A DNA stretch of 64,000 bases from Zygnema circumcarinatum SAG 698-1b (GCA_037447605.1 CM074822.1:1883492-1947491), one strand, 5' to 3'; shown: positions 35,401 through 48,036, numbered from the stretch's first letter. Translations and numbers: made by a program. The notes: generated from the letters alone by a model not told the origin.

Positions 35401-38400
35401 TGAAATTGGATCATTGTGGTTAATTCATTGTTCCTGTCAAAAGAGCTGCAGACCGAAAAACTGCTGGATACTATACATTGCATATTCAGCTTATATATAT
35501 GAGTTTATTTGGACAATCTCAGACATGCACTATCCCTGTATCCCTGTTTGGCTTATGGCCCCCCTCCAATTCATTCCCTTTCCAGACAAAGGCCCATCCA
35601 TATAATTGATGTGGCGGGAGTTGTATCGCACTCTGGCATCGGCCAGAAAAAGTGTTCAGCACTACACATAGATAGCTGGAAAACACGCATCACCTACCCT
35701 ACAATCGACGGTTCAAATTCAACTGAAGCAGTAACGAAATGAATTTCGTGTCAGAAAAAAAAGCAGCCGGCACCACGATCTTCATTCCTCTCGCGCTCAG
35801 ACCATCCTGAACGAGACGAGACACGTGGCAAGCCCGCCTCACCTGCGCGTGACGAAGGCGAACGCGAGAACCGGCCTCGTCGATGAGATCAATAGCTTTG
35901 TCGGGTAAAAAGCGGTCACTGCATGAACACAGATTAAGCGTAGCCTTAGTCTGTGTGAAAATGAAAGAGACGAGAGGTGAATTCAGATCGACAAGCCAGA
36001 TGGAATAGCACAAGCTAACAGTCCAGAAAAGTTCACAAGCCCCCACCTGATGTATTGGTAGGAGAGCTGGGAAGCAGCCACCAGTGACTCATCGGTATAA
36101 CGCAGCTTGTGGTGAATCTCATAGCGCTCACGCAGCCCCTTGAGGATGAGAATGGTCTCCTCAACCGTCGGCTCCGGCACCTGCCGCAATGAACAGCAGC
36201 TTACACATAAGGATGTTTCTTGGCATCATAACCTGCATCCAGCAATCAGCACTTCTTGCAGGCCCTGTTCATTCCCACTTGCTGGACAACATCCAGGCAT
36301 GTCCAACCTAAAGACTTTGCACTCAAATTGACAAATACGACAATCCAGTAAAAGCTTCAGCAAAAGAACTAGACATCCTTGTAAGCAAATCTGCCAGAAT
36401 CGAGCTCCATTGTTCGAGCCTCACAACAAGCAGACGTTTATCTAACTAAACATCAGCAGAAGGTCACAACTAACTAAACACTTGTCAGACAGCTGACCAA
36501 GAGAAGTTCTCGACTTCCGCGACCACAATAAAAGAAACTTTCAGGCAGATACCTGCACAGGCTGGAAGCGGCGCTCAAGAGCAGGGTCTTTCTCGATATG
36601 CTTGCGATACTCGTCCAGCGTTGTAGCACCGATGCACTGCGTAATCAATTGCCATCCCAGTGTCCGTTAGAAGAAATTCAAACAAGCAGTCTTATAGACG
36701 GACATCAACTTCACAGAATATCAACAACGTAAGAACGAACTTCCTTAAAAAGAAAACGAATGCCAAAAAAGTACCCAGAGTGCATATACTACATGAGGAC
36801 ATCCATAACATCAACATTCTAGACGAACCACAATCCTGAAATCCTTAAAAACCCACATACAGCATGTCCTTGCATAGCTCTCCACATACAGAGAACAACA
36901 ACTGCATACAGAGCATGTGGCCCCGCATGTATAAAGCGTATGCGTAGTGGGTTAACAGTACTTTTCTAAACACTACTTCGAATAATCATCCATCATGCCG
37001 TCCCCATCCGGTCAGACGTCAACTGCAAAGACCACGCAATTCAACCCGACAGCCTAAGCTACGATTGCGGAGTAAGTGATGAAGTTCAATACATACCTGC
37101 AGTTCTCCACGAGCCAAAGCTGGCTTAAGAATATTCGCAGCATCAATAGCGCCCTCGGCAGCTCCCGCCCCGATAAGAGTATGGACCTCATCAATGACAA
37201 GGATGATGTCATCAGCCTGCTTAATCTCCTCCATCAACTTCTTCAATCTCTCTTCAAATTCTCCTCGGTACTTAGTACCGGCGACAAGCAACCCCATGTC
37301 TAGCGTAATAACCTGCGCCATCGTAAGCAGTGATATGAGCGTGCTGCCCTCAAAACTCACATCAGAAACACGCAATCGAAATCAAACGAGTTGAGAACTG
37401 GAAAGCATACAAAAAGCAGACACCTCACCTTCTTGCCTTCGATCGTCTCCGGGACATCGCCGCTGGCAATGCGCTGAGCCAGCCCCTCGGCAATTGCCGT
37501 TTTGCCCACTCCGGGCTCACCGATGAGGCAAGGGTTGTTCTTCGTGCGGCGACCAAGAATCTGAGTCACGCGCTCAATTTGAGCTTGCCTGCCAACAACG
37601 GGATCCAACTTTCCCTGCAAACAAAACCCACCATGAGTGCAACAGGTAAAATCTAGCAATTCGCTATTTTAGTGAAAATTTAGGCACATCGCAAAATCTC
37701 CAAAGAGAATACGTTTATGTGATTAGAAAGACGAAGGCAGCACAATAATAGTGTCTGTGTAAAGCAAGATAAGCAGTGCCTCTCTGAAAGCGGATATTTC
37801 TGTTCATCCGCAATCTATCCATACACTAAGAACCTACCCTTAACAAAAACAGATCAAAGCCAGTTCACCCCTATCGATAAAAGTAAAGTTGGTATGCTTA
37901 TGAGAACATTTCACGTATCCCATTACAATAGGGTTCAGAAGTGTCATGCTCACATCTTCTGCAAGCTTTGTGAGATTAGTTCCATATTCCTCCAAAGTTG
38001 GCATTTTATTGCTGCTGCTCCCTCCACCGACACCAGCACCAACAGCCTCCGTGCTCTCCCCAACCATTCGGATAACCTGAACATTATAAAGACCCAATTA
38101 AAAAGCAACCAATGAGACCTAAAATCTCTGAGGACACGACACGGAGGTGGGGATATACGGCCTCCGTAAACCTATATCATTCTACTTTCTAAAATGACAT
38201 CCGCTAACGGTAACGGCGTTTCGTGATACCATGTCGTCGGGCTCCATTTTCTAAATGACAAAAACAATCCTGCTTCAGAGAATAACTAACCAATGCAGAC
38301 ATGACTGATTATGAGTCCTTCCACACCTGAGTACGAATATTCGTCGGATCAGCACCAAGGTTTTCCAGAACCCTTGCCGCAACCCCCTCTCCCTCGCGCA

Positions 38401-39731
38401 ACAAACCCAGCAAGAGGTGTTCGGTACCAATGTAGTTATGACCTACAGGACAATACGAAAACGCAAAAGAAGGCTTTATTAGAATACACTCCATCCCAGC
38501 CAGTCAGTCTGCTCCTCAACGCAGGCTGTGTCACTGTTGACCCACAGAGACTATTTTCTTTTCATTAGTAAGTGAAAGCCAGCAGTGGTGTACCGAGCTG
38601 ACGAGCTTCCTCCAAAGATAACTCCAACACGCGCTTTGCCCTAGGAGTGAATGGGATCTCCACCGCCACAAACCCTGAACCCCGTCCAATGATCTTCTCT
38701 ACTTCCACACGAGCTTCCTTCAAATTCACTCCCATGGATTTGAGAACTTTGGCCGCAATTCCAGTGCCTTCCCCAATGAGTCCCAGAAGGATCTGCTCCG
38801 TCCCTACAAAGTTGTGACCAAGTCGGCGAGCTTCTTCTTGGGCAAGCATAATCACTTTGATGGCCTGCATACCGTGTACTTCCAGAAGAGTGTAAGTAGG
38901 AGAACAACCAGCAGATGGAACAGCTTGACAATTATAAAAAAAAGCCGGAATCTCGCGCTGTCAGTAAAACCAACATTCACTTGTGATACAAAATTGCAAC
39001 CCGAGAGACATGCCAACTTAGCAAGACGAAAAGGAAAGATTAACATCATCGTCTAATGATATTTTCAATTGAAGGTGAGGATAAATTGCTCAAACTAAAC
39101 AGCCCAGTGAATGTACAATTCCAAATTAACGGCAACAAGTGACTGCAGATCGAGTACAGCGGATGCAACTGCGAACCACGTACATACATTCGGCAATGTC
39201 AAAATTGGAAAACTACCTCACGGATCCATACTGACCGAGAGAATATCTACAATTGCCCTTCGCAAATAGATTCAGAAGGAAAGCGTTCAGCAGCAGAGAT
39301 CATGGATTCCTCATGCGGCATTACCTTTACCTGACTAATCACTTCAAGACTGCAGAAATAGGGTAAACGACCCATCATCGTCAGTGAATTGGGTGTTCAT
39401 TTCCTGTTCAGCAGTAGTGGCACGAGAGCAGTACCTTTTCTGTGAAGCGCTCGAACATCGCAGTGGTGACCCCTCTCCTCTGGCCATGGCTGCGAGGGAC
39501 GGCGCTCACAGCGGCTGCGACAGTCGACTGGAGACTCCTCGCAGGGCGGGACCCGGCCGCGTCAACTGCAGCGGTGCGGCGCAGGCCCGAGAACCCCGCA
39601 CTGCAGCTCGGGAAGGAGCTTCTCGCAGCAGCGGCCCTGCGAGCCTTGCGGCAGCCGCGCGGCTGAACGCTGTTCACAAGGCCAACTGTGATTCCCTGGA
39701 GAGCAACCGACTGGGCCAGAATTCCCGCCAT
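32419..39731 (-). CDS. clpC: Chloroplast Clp protease ATP-binding chaperone ClpC (Hsp93/Hsp100)
   Basis: About 17 exons. Transit peptide then [10 protein letters not shown]|[29 protein letters not shown]; [15 protein letters not shown]; [36 protein letters not shown]; [33 protein letters not shown]; [21 protein letters not shown]; [15 protein letters not shown]; [26 protein letters not shown]; [12 protein letters not shown]; [11 protein letters not shown] probable 5'-UTR intron lies at ~39768-40203. Confidence 0.97.
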
Positions 39732-41669
39732 ATTCTCTTGTCCGGACTTGGACTTATCTTCTACGACCTAGCCAACTGTCACCGTTCTCCAATCACACTC
39801 TCAAATTCGACGCACGCCTGCAACAACAAGAAAATGACAATTGCATCAACAAAAAGAGGACATGGACTGCGAACGCAGGAATACATTGACATGCATTGAC
39901 CTGCCAGCTCCCTCGACGCAAAATCCCTCGACTGAATTCAATTTGCGGTCTCGATTGGTCGTTTAAGTCACCCAAAGCGTCCAAGATAGCTCTGCATATC
40001 CTCCTGAATTCCCCACTCCTCTCCCCAGACCTCCGTGCTCAGACTACAAAACGAGACTCAAAATCTTAGAGACATTCTCCTGAATCAGAGTGCCTTTCAG
40101 AGTTTCCCCAGACGTAGCTCAAGGGCCTTGCTCCTGCATGAGATGGCATCCTTGAGAAACAGCAGCTAGGCCGCCGAAAAGAAGAAGGGCCTAGGGCGCG
40201 GACCTGCGGCAGCGCACCGGTGCAGCAGAGCGGCCCTCCCTCCCTGCGGACAGAGCAGAGCTCTCTCGGGCGGGCGGGTTCTCTTGCCTTCCCTTCCCTT
40301 CCTACAGGATCCTCCCTGCCTCCGTCCCTCAAGCTCGGCCGGAGCGCAGCTGAGAGGAATCTGCCTCGTGGAGAAGGGACCAGATGAGATGGCGTCCGCT
40401 GCGCGCCTCTGCGCCGTCCGATGGCGCCCTCCCTCCGCCCATCGACGGCCGCGCGGCGGCCACGCGGGGGGCCACTGCACACGCGCGGGCAGCGATCCGA
40501 CGGCCGCGCGCGCAGTTCCTTCCGCCCGCACGCAAGGCGACGTGGCGCACGGGGGAGGGCGACGTGGCCGTCTGCCCGCCGTCGGATGGATGGCACGAGG
40601 GATGGGATGGGACGGGATGCCGACCGGCGCTGCCGGCCGCCCGCCCGCCACGGAGCCCGGCCGGCCAGCAACGGCCGGTACGGTCCTGTCCCGGCCCGCC
40701 TCGACTGGGGCCGACTGATGACGAGAGTGCGAGTGGTTCCTTTAAGAGGAGGGACGGGAGTGCGCAGACAGGCAGGCAGACAGGCAGACAGGTCTATGTT
40801 GCCGCGTTTATTTCAAAAGAGGACAGCGCAACTTCTCACGAGAGCGAGGGAGTGCCTTGATGCACGTTCGTTGTGTCTCTAGGGCCTCTACTTCCTCTAC
40901 TTCCATCTGCAAATTTAAACGAATACCCTAAAAAGCAATCCTCCCTGCGCCCTGCTACATACTCCATGCACTATGTACAACTGCAAGCTTTTGTTCAAAG
41001 CAACGGTGGAAGCGACCCACTTCCACAAAATAACTTTGGCAAACGATCGCCACTCGGCCACTTCGCCCCGCCCTCATAAAAAGCGTTTCCTCCGGAAGGC
41101 AAAATAGGTTGCGCAAAAGAATGGCACGGATGCATTGTCGCCGCGGAAGGCAACCCTCCAAACAGCACAGCCGCTTGAGCAGATAGACAGCGCGCTCTGC
41201 AGCCGCTAGGAGGGGCAGGAAAGGATGGCAGACAGGGGAAGCTCGAATTCGAGTTCTCCCAGAGCTTACGATGCCATATGTGCATTTGAAGGTTGGTACA
41301 GAGTACGCCATTATGCAAAAGCATACTCAAAATGAGAGATCAAGTATGAAAACCCACGAGCAGGCTCCATGTGAACGGTACTCCGGGCCTGCTCGCCACT
41401 CTCTTCTCCAGAAGCTTCATAGCCTCCTGCCACCGCTTCGCTCTGACTGCCGCCACACAGAGGAGCTCCTCAAAAATGTCCAACTGCTCGTCGGAGCCGC
41501 CAACAGGCTGCGGCCCTATGCACGCCACTGTCCACCTTTAGCTGCCACCACGGATGGGGCACAACAGGCATGCAAGGGATACAGAGTGGAAGCGGGGAAA
41601 CGACAGAAGCAAGAAAGAGATGAGGCAGAGAGAGGGGGGGAGGGAGAGGGAGAGAGAGAGAGAGCGAGC

Positions 41670-41700
<31 letters not shown>

Positions 41701-42861
41701 AGAGAGACCGGGAGAGGGGGAACGAGTGGAAAGGACTAGGAGCAGGTCCAAGTTGAGTCAAAGCACCTTGGATGCAATTCCAACTGCTAAAATGACATTT
41801 GAGTACATACAGCTGATACTGGATACTAACTTCTGAATGACAAGGTGAGCGTAGTGGTTCGACAAGAAAGGAACACTGCGAGAGTTGTTACCTTGAGCTG
41901 TTTCGCAGAAAGGCTGAATGGATGACAGTCTGTAAAGCCCCTCGTAATCCCCCCCACCGAATGCAGCCATGGCCCTCGCCCCGCTTCGCCGGCCTCCCTC
42001 TGCATATGAGCAGAGAGACCGGCATTGCAGCAGGGCTGCTGCTGCCGACCGGCCTCGCTGCAGAGGGAGGAGACGGAACTCACTCAGTTGCTTCACGCAA
42101 TGTCTCCTCACAAAGCCATGTGGCGATGAATGTGATCTCTTCTTATCTTTGGAATGCACATCAGAAATGCATCACATGAAATCATGTAAGTCGAGAGGAA
42201 GCTCATTGCAAAAAATCGATGCTAGACTCCGGCACTAGCCTCAATTGCGCAATGTAGGTTCCGCGTGCTATTAAATATGCAAGAGATCTACTTGAAGACG
42301 ATTATCAGCTGACTAAAACACAGGAGCCACACTGTAGAAGTTTGTGACAGTGGGAGGAAGGTCAGCACATGATAAATGTGACAAAACTGTAGGCCAGAGG
42401 ATAATAAATAGATATACGATGGCAACAGAATGCTAGTCTATGAATTACTGTTAATATGTAGTGTATTGAAAGCACATATTGTTCAATATGATAAGCGTTC
42501 AATCTAGTATATTGTCAAGCATAGCATGTGGATAATCTTTTTTTTAACAAAATCACACATGAAAAGTATCATTGAAGAAAGAAATACATCCTTAAATGGT
42601 TTATCATGTTACAATGCTACAAGGTGAAATCAAATTCTTCTTAAAAATAATATATTATGAAAGTTCTTTCAAATTGTCTTTTTGATTTTATGTTTTGGTA
42701 CACTAAGGACTTAAATATAATCAAATCAATTTACAATTTATTTCTTCGGTAATCAAATCAATTGTTATTCATTCTGCTAAGAATACGAAGTGTGTTTTCA
42801 TGTTACAAAAGCATTCTACTCAAGGAATGAATTGAATATGCTTGACAGTAAAATAATAACA

Positions 42862-42910
42862 TTGACTCTAGATAGCAATTGTCCACTGGACACTTGCTAT
42901 CTAGAGTCAA
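42862..42910 (-). terminator. Plastid rbcL 3' stem-loop, copy 1
   Basis: ttgactctagatagcaa-ttgtccactggacac-ttgctatctagagtcaa: 17-bp perfect arms plus an inner tgtcc/ggaca stem, 45 nt past the rbcL stop. Confidence 0.85.
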
Positions 42911-42954
42911 CTTGTGCTGTGTGTCTAGAAGTTCGTTAATGAATTTGAAATAAC

Positions 42955-43114
42955 TTACAAAGTGTCAATGGTATCAAATTCGAATTTAATTTCTTTCCAA
43001 ACTTCACATGCTGCTGCTAGTTCAGGACTCCATTTGCAAGCCTGACGAAGTACATCGTTACCTTCGCGAGCAAGATCACGACCTTCATTACGAGCTTGAA
43101 CACATGCTTCTAAT
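42955..43114 (-). pseudogene. rbcL: rbcL 3' fragment, copy 1
   Basis: Translates ..[52 protein letters not shown]; truncated by an N gap. Confidence 0.95.
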
Positions 43115-43178
43115 NNNNNNNNNNTCACAGAATGAATTTTTTAATTATTATGCTATACAAAATGTTTATTCTACTATA

Positions 43179-43481
43179 TTACCAGCTAGCTTTTGTTACC
43201 CCGGGCAATAGACAAGCATGTGCCATTTCTCTTAATACGTGTCTTGATAATTCAAAATCTCTGTAGATAGCTCTAGGTCTGCCAGTGACAAAACAGCGTC
43301 GACGAACACGATTATTTGCGCTATTACGAGGTAAACTTTGTAGTTTTCTTTGAATGTTCCATTTTTCTTGAAATGAGGATGCCTCCTTAATCATTTCTTT
43401 AAGTGAATTACGAACAGAAGAATACTTTTCTGTAAGTGCTCTTCTTTTTTTATCTCGCTCAATACTACTTTTTTTTGCCAT
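43179..43481 (-). CDS. rps14: Plastid ribosomal protein S14 (plastid-derived copy 1)
   Basis: 100-aa [12 protein letters not shown]...LQSLPRNS...[38 protein letters not shown], streptophyte-plastid type; no transit peptide, so unlikely to function from the nucleus. Confidence 0.93.
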   Translation of the reverse strand: MAKKSSIERDKKRRALTEKYSSVRNSLKEMIKEASSFQEKWNIQRKLQSLPRNSANNRVRRRCFVTGRPRAIYRDFELSRHVLREMAHACLLPGVTKASW

Positions 43482-44193
43482 ATTAGTTTTTTCACATCCA
43501 GAATTATGAAAATTATGTGTACATGCGATCAATGCTTTCATTTTTGACTTATTATCCCTTTGAATTCTATACCTATTATTGAGTCAAAATTTATTGGCTG
43601 TTTCAACACCAAATTCAAGCATAAGGCAAGGACTTATGTGTGATGCTTGAGTTAATACATAACACATTTGTATAAGTGATACTATAAATTTTACTACATT
43701 GAGAAAAGATTTATTTTCTATGTTGATCCACACAACATAAATGTAAGCGCTATATCTTAAAATGCTAGTCTATTAATTACTATTAATATTTAGTGTATTG
43801 AAAGCACATATTGTTCAATATGATAAGCGTTCAATCTAGTATATTGTCAAGCATAGCATGTGGATAATCTTTTTTTTAACAAAATCACACATGAAAAGTA
43901 TCATTGAAGAAAGAAATACATCCTTAAATGGTTTATCATGTTACAATGCTACAAGGTGAAATCAAATTCTTCTTAAAAATAATATATTATGAAAGTTCTT
44001 TCAAATTGTCTTTTTGATTTTATGTTTTGGTACACTAAGGACTTAAATATAATCAAATCAATTTACAATTTATTTCTTCGGTAATCAAATCAATTGTTAT
44101 TCATTCTGCTAAGAATACGAAGTGTGTTTTCATGTTACAAAAGCATTCTACTCAAGGAATGAATTGAATATGCTTGACAGTAAAATAATAACA

Positions 44194-44242
44194 TTGACTC
44201 TAGATAGCAATTGTCCACTGGACACTTGCTATCTAGAGTCAA
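44194..44242 (-). terminator. Plastid rbcL 3' stem-loop, copy 2
   Basis: Same sequence as 42862-42910. Confidence 0.85.
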
Positions 44243-44286
44243 CTTGTGCTGTGTGTCTAGAAGTTCGTTAATGAATTTGAAATAAC

Positions 44287-44461
44287 TTACAAAGTGTCAA
44301 TGGTATCAAATTCGAATTTAATTTCTTTCCAAACTTCACATGCTGCTGCTAGTTCAGGACTCCATTTGCAAGCCTGACGAAGTACATCGTTACCTTCGCG
44401 AGCAAGATCACGACCTTCATTACGAGCTTGAACACATGCTTCTAATGCAACACGGTTTGCT
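44287..44461 (-). pseudogene. rbcL: rbcL 3' fragment, copy 2
   Basis: [23 protein letters not shown]...EFDTIDTL*; truncated by an N gap. Confidence 0.95.
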
Positions 44462-44495
44462 NNNNNNNNNNATACAAAATGTTTATTCTACTATA

Positions 44496-44798
44496 TTACC
44501 AGCTAGCTTTTGTTACCCCGGGCAATAGACAAGCATGTGCCATTTCTCTTAATACGTGTCTTGATAATTCAAAATCTCTGTAGATAGCTCTAGGTCTGCC
44601 AGTGACAAAACAGCGTCGACGAACACGATTATTTGCGCTATTACGAGGTAAACTTTGTAGTTTTCTTTGAATGTTCCATTTTTCTTGAAATGAGGATGCC
44701 TCCTTAATCATTTCTTTAAGTGAATTACGAACAGAAGAATACTTTTCTGTAAGTGCTCTTCTTTTTTTATCTCGCTCAATACTACTTTTTTTTGCCAT
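44496..44798 (-). CDS. rps14: Plastid ribosomal protein S14 (plastid-derived copy 2)
   Basis: Same protein sequence as copy 1. Confidence 0.93.
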   Translation of the reverse strand: MAKKSSIERDKKRRALTEKYSSVRNSLKEMIKEASSFQEKWNIQRKLQSLPRNSANNRVRRRCFVTGRPRAIYRDFELSRHVLREMAHACLLPGVTKASW

Positions 44799-47712
44799 AT
44801 TAGTTTTTTCACATCCAGAATTATGAAAATTATGTGTACATGCGATCAATGCTTTCATTTTTGACTTATTATCCCTTTGAATTCTATACCTATTATTGAG
44901 TCAAAATTTATTGGCTGTTTCAACACCAAATTCAAGCATAAGGCAAGGACTTATGTGTGATGCTTGAGTTAATACATAACACATTTGTATAAGTGATACT
45001 ATAAATTTTACTACATTGAGAAAAGATTTATTTTCTATGTTGATCCACACAACATAAATGTAAGCGCTATATCTTAAAATGCTAGTCTATTAATTACTAT
45101 TAATATTTAGTGTATTGAAAGCACATATTGTTCAATATGATAAGCGTTCAATCTAGTATATTGTCAAGCATACCATGTGGATAATCTTTTTCTTAACAAA
45201 ATCCCGCCCGCGCGCGCTCCAAGTGGCAGAGCGCCACGTGGCACCAGATGTGGGTGTACCTGCGTCAGGCAGGGAGGGCCTGCTAAGGTGGGGACGAGTC
45301 GGATGGTTGGCCTGCTCATGGCATCTACAAGCAAGACAGTTCAGTTCAAATTTCAACGCAAGGATTTCTATCTCAGTGATTCAGCGAGCTCGTGGATAAA
45401 TGTATTCTTCATTTAACGTATGACCAGTATGAGCGCGCTTACGCACAATCAGAAAGTCAAGTCCAACAAGTTAAGTTGTCAATCGTAAGAAATGGGAAGA
45501 CAAACGCAGACATGCACTCAGTTAGGAAAAAGCGTATGACGAACTCACAAGAAAGAGCCACAACGATTCCAAGGAGGAGCCCACTGCGAGGAAAAGCGTA
45601 AAGCCTCAGTGAAGCTGCACTTCTCGTGCAGTACATGTAGAAGCTGCCTCCGCACCCGCCGACCAACTTCCAGCCATCAGACTCTTCCTCTGGGAGAGCA
45701 GTATAAGCACGCACTTCAGAATGGGAGCAGAGGAAGCAGGCGAGTTTCCGCATTTCATGCAGATTTGCGAGAAGAGCTAGAAAGTAACATCTTTTCCTCC
45801 CCATCCCGACACATTGACACTTCTCTCTGATTGCATTGCAGAACTTGAAAAGCTCAGAGTTTAGTTTTCGATTGTAAAGAATGACATGCCCTGTAGTCAA
45901 CATACTTTCTGCAGTACGGCTGTAATTATTCAAGGCTTTCTAAGCACGGACAAACATCCAAAGAATCATCCAGCTGAGTGAGCATCAGCAGTACACAGAT
46001 GCAGGCGCACTTGCAGCGTGAGGTCGAGCATCTCGCGGCTGCGGCCCAAGTAGAAGCACAGCGTTTGCCCACGCTTCACTGAGAGCAGATCGCGAGGAAA
46101 ACGTCCTGCCAACCGCAGTGCACAACCCAGATCCAAACAAACGGCAGCGCGATTTGAGGAGGTCACGCATCGTTTTGCAACCAGCCCGCAGGAAGGTCGT
46201 GCTCAGACTCACAGCGGACATGAACCTTACGCCAATGGGCCTTCACAAAACAGACGCATGTGAAGCAGAGAGACAGACCACTTTCCTACGGCGACTCACC
46301 ACGAGCTGCTCATACTCCGTCCCCTTCGCCTGTCACAAGAAACATCTATTTAATCCCTGCCTGTATCAACCAAGTTCATGTTCGTGTCTTCTCCTGACCA
46401 CAACCTAAATGGCTTTCGTCAAACCATGATCGAGTTTCCAGTATACGATGCACTTGACATCATTTATGGACTGTACGAACTTTGAGTGCCCTCCGTGCCA
46501 TTTCGTAATATGGAGTGTGGATATATGAAGAAGGCAAAATTTCTATAGTTCGTGCACTGCCGTTATGCAAAGTGCTTGTAACAATTTCGGCATACAGAAA
46601 ACCATAAAAATAAAACACACAACTTATCACACGATTGACTTGTGCTCTGAATGGTTTGAAGTAGGGTCAATAGTGATCGATATAAATGTAAGCATAACAT
46701 AAGCTAATAATAATATATAAGCTTTGAGTTCCGTAGGCTTGGGATGCTTGCACTGAAAGCTAAGAAGGTAAGCGTACGAGGTGCTCTGCCGCCGCGTCAA
46801 GGTCCGGGCCCGCCTGGAGGCGGCACGCGAGCTGCCGCCTCCAACGCCGCGCCCGCGCCCGCGCCGTAGCTCAGCACCTGCGCGAGGCCCGACCGTTAGC
46901 GGTTAGCGGCTCATTCACATTTCATATAATGCAGAATGTAGAATGAGGATTCTACATATGGATGGGAAAAAAGGCCGGCTATACCTTGGTTGCTCCACTG
47001 ACAAAGCTTACAACAGGCAGACAACAAGTTGGGAAACAAAAAAACATTTTGAACTTCCCTTCCTTCTCCTCCATCTCTCTTGTCTCTGTCCCGCTATTTT
47101 CCTAGGTTGCTCAGATTTCTTGCATTGCCTTTTTTTCCTTCTAAACTAGTTTTGCTGTCCACTTGTTTTCACTTCTCTATACTCAAAGGAGGAAGAAAGG
47201 GACGCAAGCTGAAAAGATGAACCCTGCTTCTCTGGCCTTGCAGATAATTCGGGCAATGGAAAATTCGACAAATGGAAAACGTGCCACTGAAGATCTTCCA
47301 TGTTTTTCGTGCATCAATAATCTAAGGGAAATAGCATGGTTAACACACAAAGAAGCGTGCTGGGGCAGAGGGAATGAAGGCAAGACGAAGGAGAGAAGGG
47401 CGAAGAAGTGACCTCCAGGGCGAAGGCCTCAATGTTGGTCAGGCAGGACACAGACGAGGAGCGCACACACGCCATGGCTCGCGCGTCCAGCACCGTCTCC
47501 TGCTCGTGCTCGCCCATGGCCGGCGCTGCGCTGCAGCAGGCACGGTCCGCTCCCGCCTGCCTGCCTGCCTGCCCCATCGCTGCCGGTCAGTCGCTGCCCC
47601 GCCCCGCGCTGGCTGCTGCATCGACCGGACCGGACCGGACCGGACGACCGCCACCGACCACCGTACTGTACCATACTGTACGGTGCCGTACTAGAATGCG
47701 AGGCTGCGAGTA

Positions 47713-47853
47713 CAGGGGGTCCTCGTCATATTTTCCACCTTCAACAGTGCGTCACCAATAAATTCGCACCGATTTTGCCGAAACCACCTTTTTGTACGGT
47801 AACTTAGAGTTAGCCGTACTATTCGTACTATCCGTACCCTAAAACCCTGAAAC
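47713..47853 (+). mobile_element. MITE family M, copy M1 (left end only; interrupted by LTR)
   Basis: TA|cagggggtcctcgtcatattttccacc terminus followed by the family body aattcgcaccgattttgccgaaaccacctttttgtacggtaact, shared with M2-M4. Confidence 0.75.
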
Positions 47854-48026
47854 TGTAGCGTAACGGAGCTGCGTTCGACGGATCCGCGCCCGTTCAGTTG
47901 TACTTGACATGTTCATATTCAGTGTCACGGACCGGCCTGATCCAGGAATTGCCGACGGAAAATGCGAGACGGCGGCGCCATTTGTTGGCGGCCCACGGGA
48001 CAGCACACCATCCAGCTAGGCGCACT
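47854..48026 (+). mobile_element. 5' part of an LTR (same family as 59929-60908), runs into an N gap
   Basis: Starts TGTAGCGTAACGGAGCTGC; aligns to the first ~170 bp of the solo LTR at 59929. Confidence 0.75.
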
Positions 48027-48036
48027 NNNNNNNNNN

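Larger units (their letters stand above)
42429..45203 (-). other. Plastid-derived sequence (NUPT or assembly tangle): rbcL 3' end - stem-loop - spacer - rps14, repeated with ~1.32-kb period
   Basis: Abrupt AT-rich block in GC-rich surroundings. The marker aatgctagtc recurs at 42429, 43761 and 45078. The copies look identical except for 5 substitutions near the two outer ends. Both internal rps14-to-rbcL junctions are N gaps. Confidence 0.93.
41340..47517 (-). pseudogene. TTC38: TTC38-like tetratricopeptide-repeat gene, apparently disrupted (or mis-assembled)
   Basis: Recognisable exons: 47517-47413 (..CLTNIEAFALE|), 46877-~46770 (VLSYG..LEAA), 46329-46300 (TEYEQLV), ~46105-46011 (RFPRDLLSVKRGQTLCFYLG), 45643-45549 (LHVLHEKC..W..CGSFL), 45259-45204 (YTHIWCHVALCHLE, cut by plastid DNA), ~42057-41891 (AMAAFGGGDYEG), 41507-41356 (VGGSDEQLDIFEE...GVPFTWSLL). 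These match plant TTC38. Two expected segments could not be found, and exon 2 appears frameshifted. Confidence 0.7.

Noticed and set aside
1-39731. Functional cluster of chloroplast-biogenesis genes (ARC6, ALB3, ClpC), or of light/clock genes (PAS gene, ELF3)
   Set aside because: The genes are interspersed with unrelated ones, plastid-targeted genes are common, and no shared regulatory signature or synteny evidence is available.
43482-43541. 20-aa N-terminal extension on rps14, suggesting a functional nuclear transfer with transit peptide
   Set aside because: Too short, not Ser/Ala/Arg-rich, and part of plastid spacer DNA; the adjacent rbcL end and stem-loop show unmodified plastid context.
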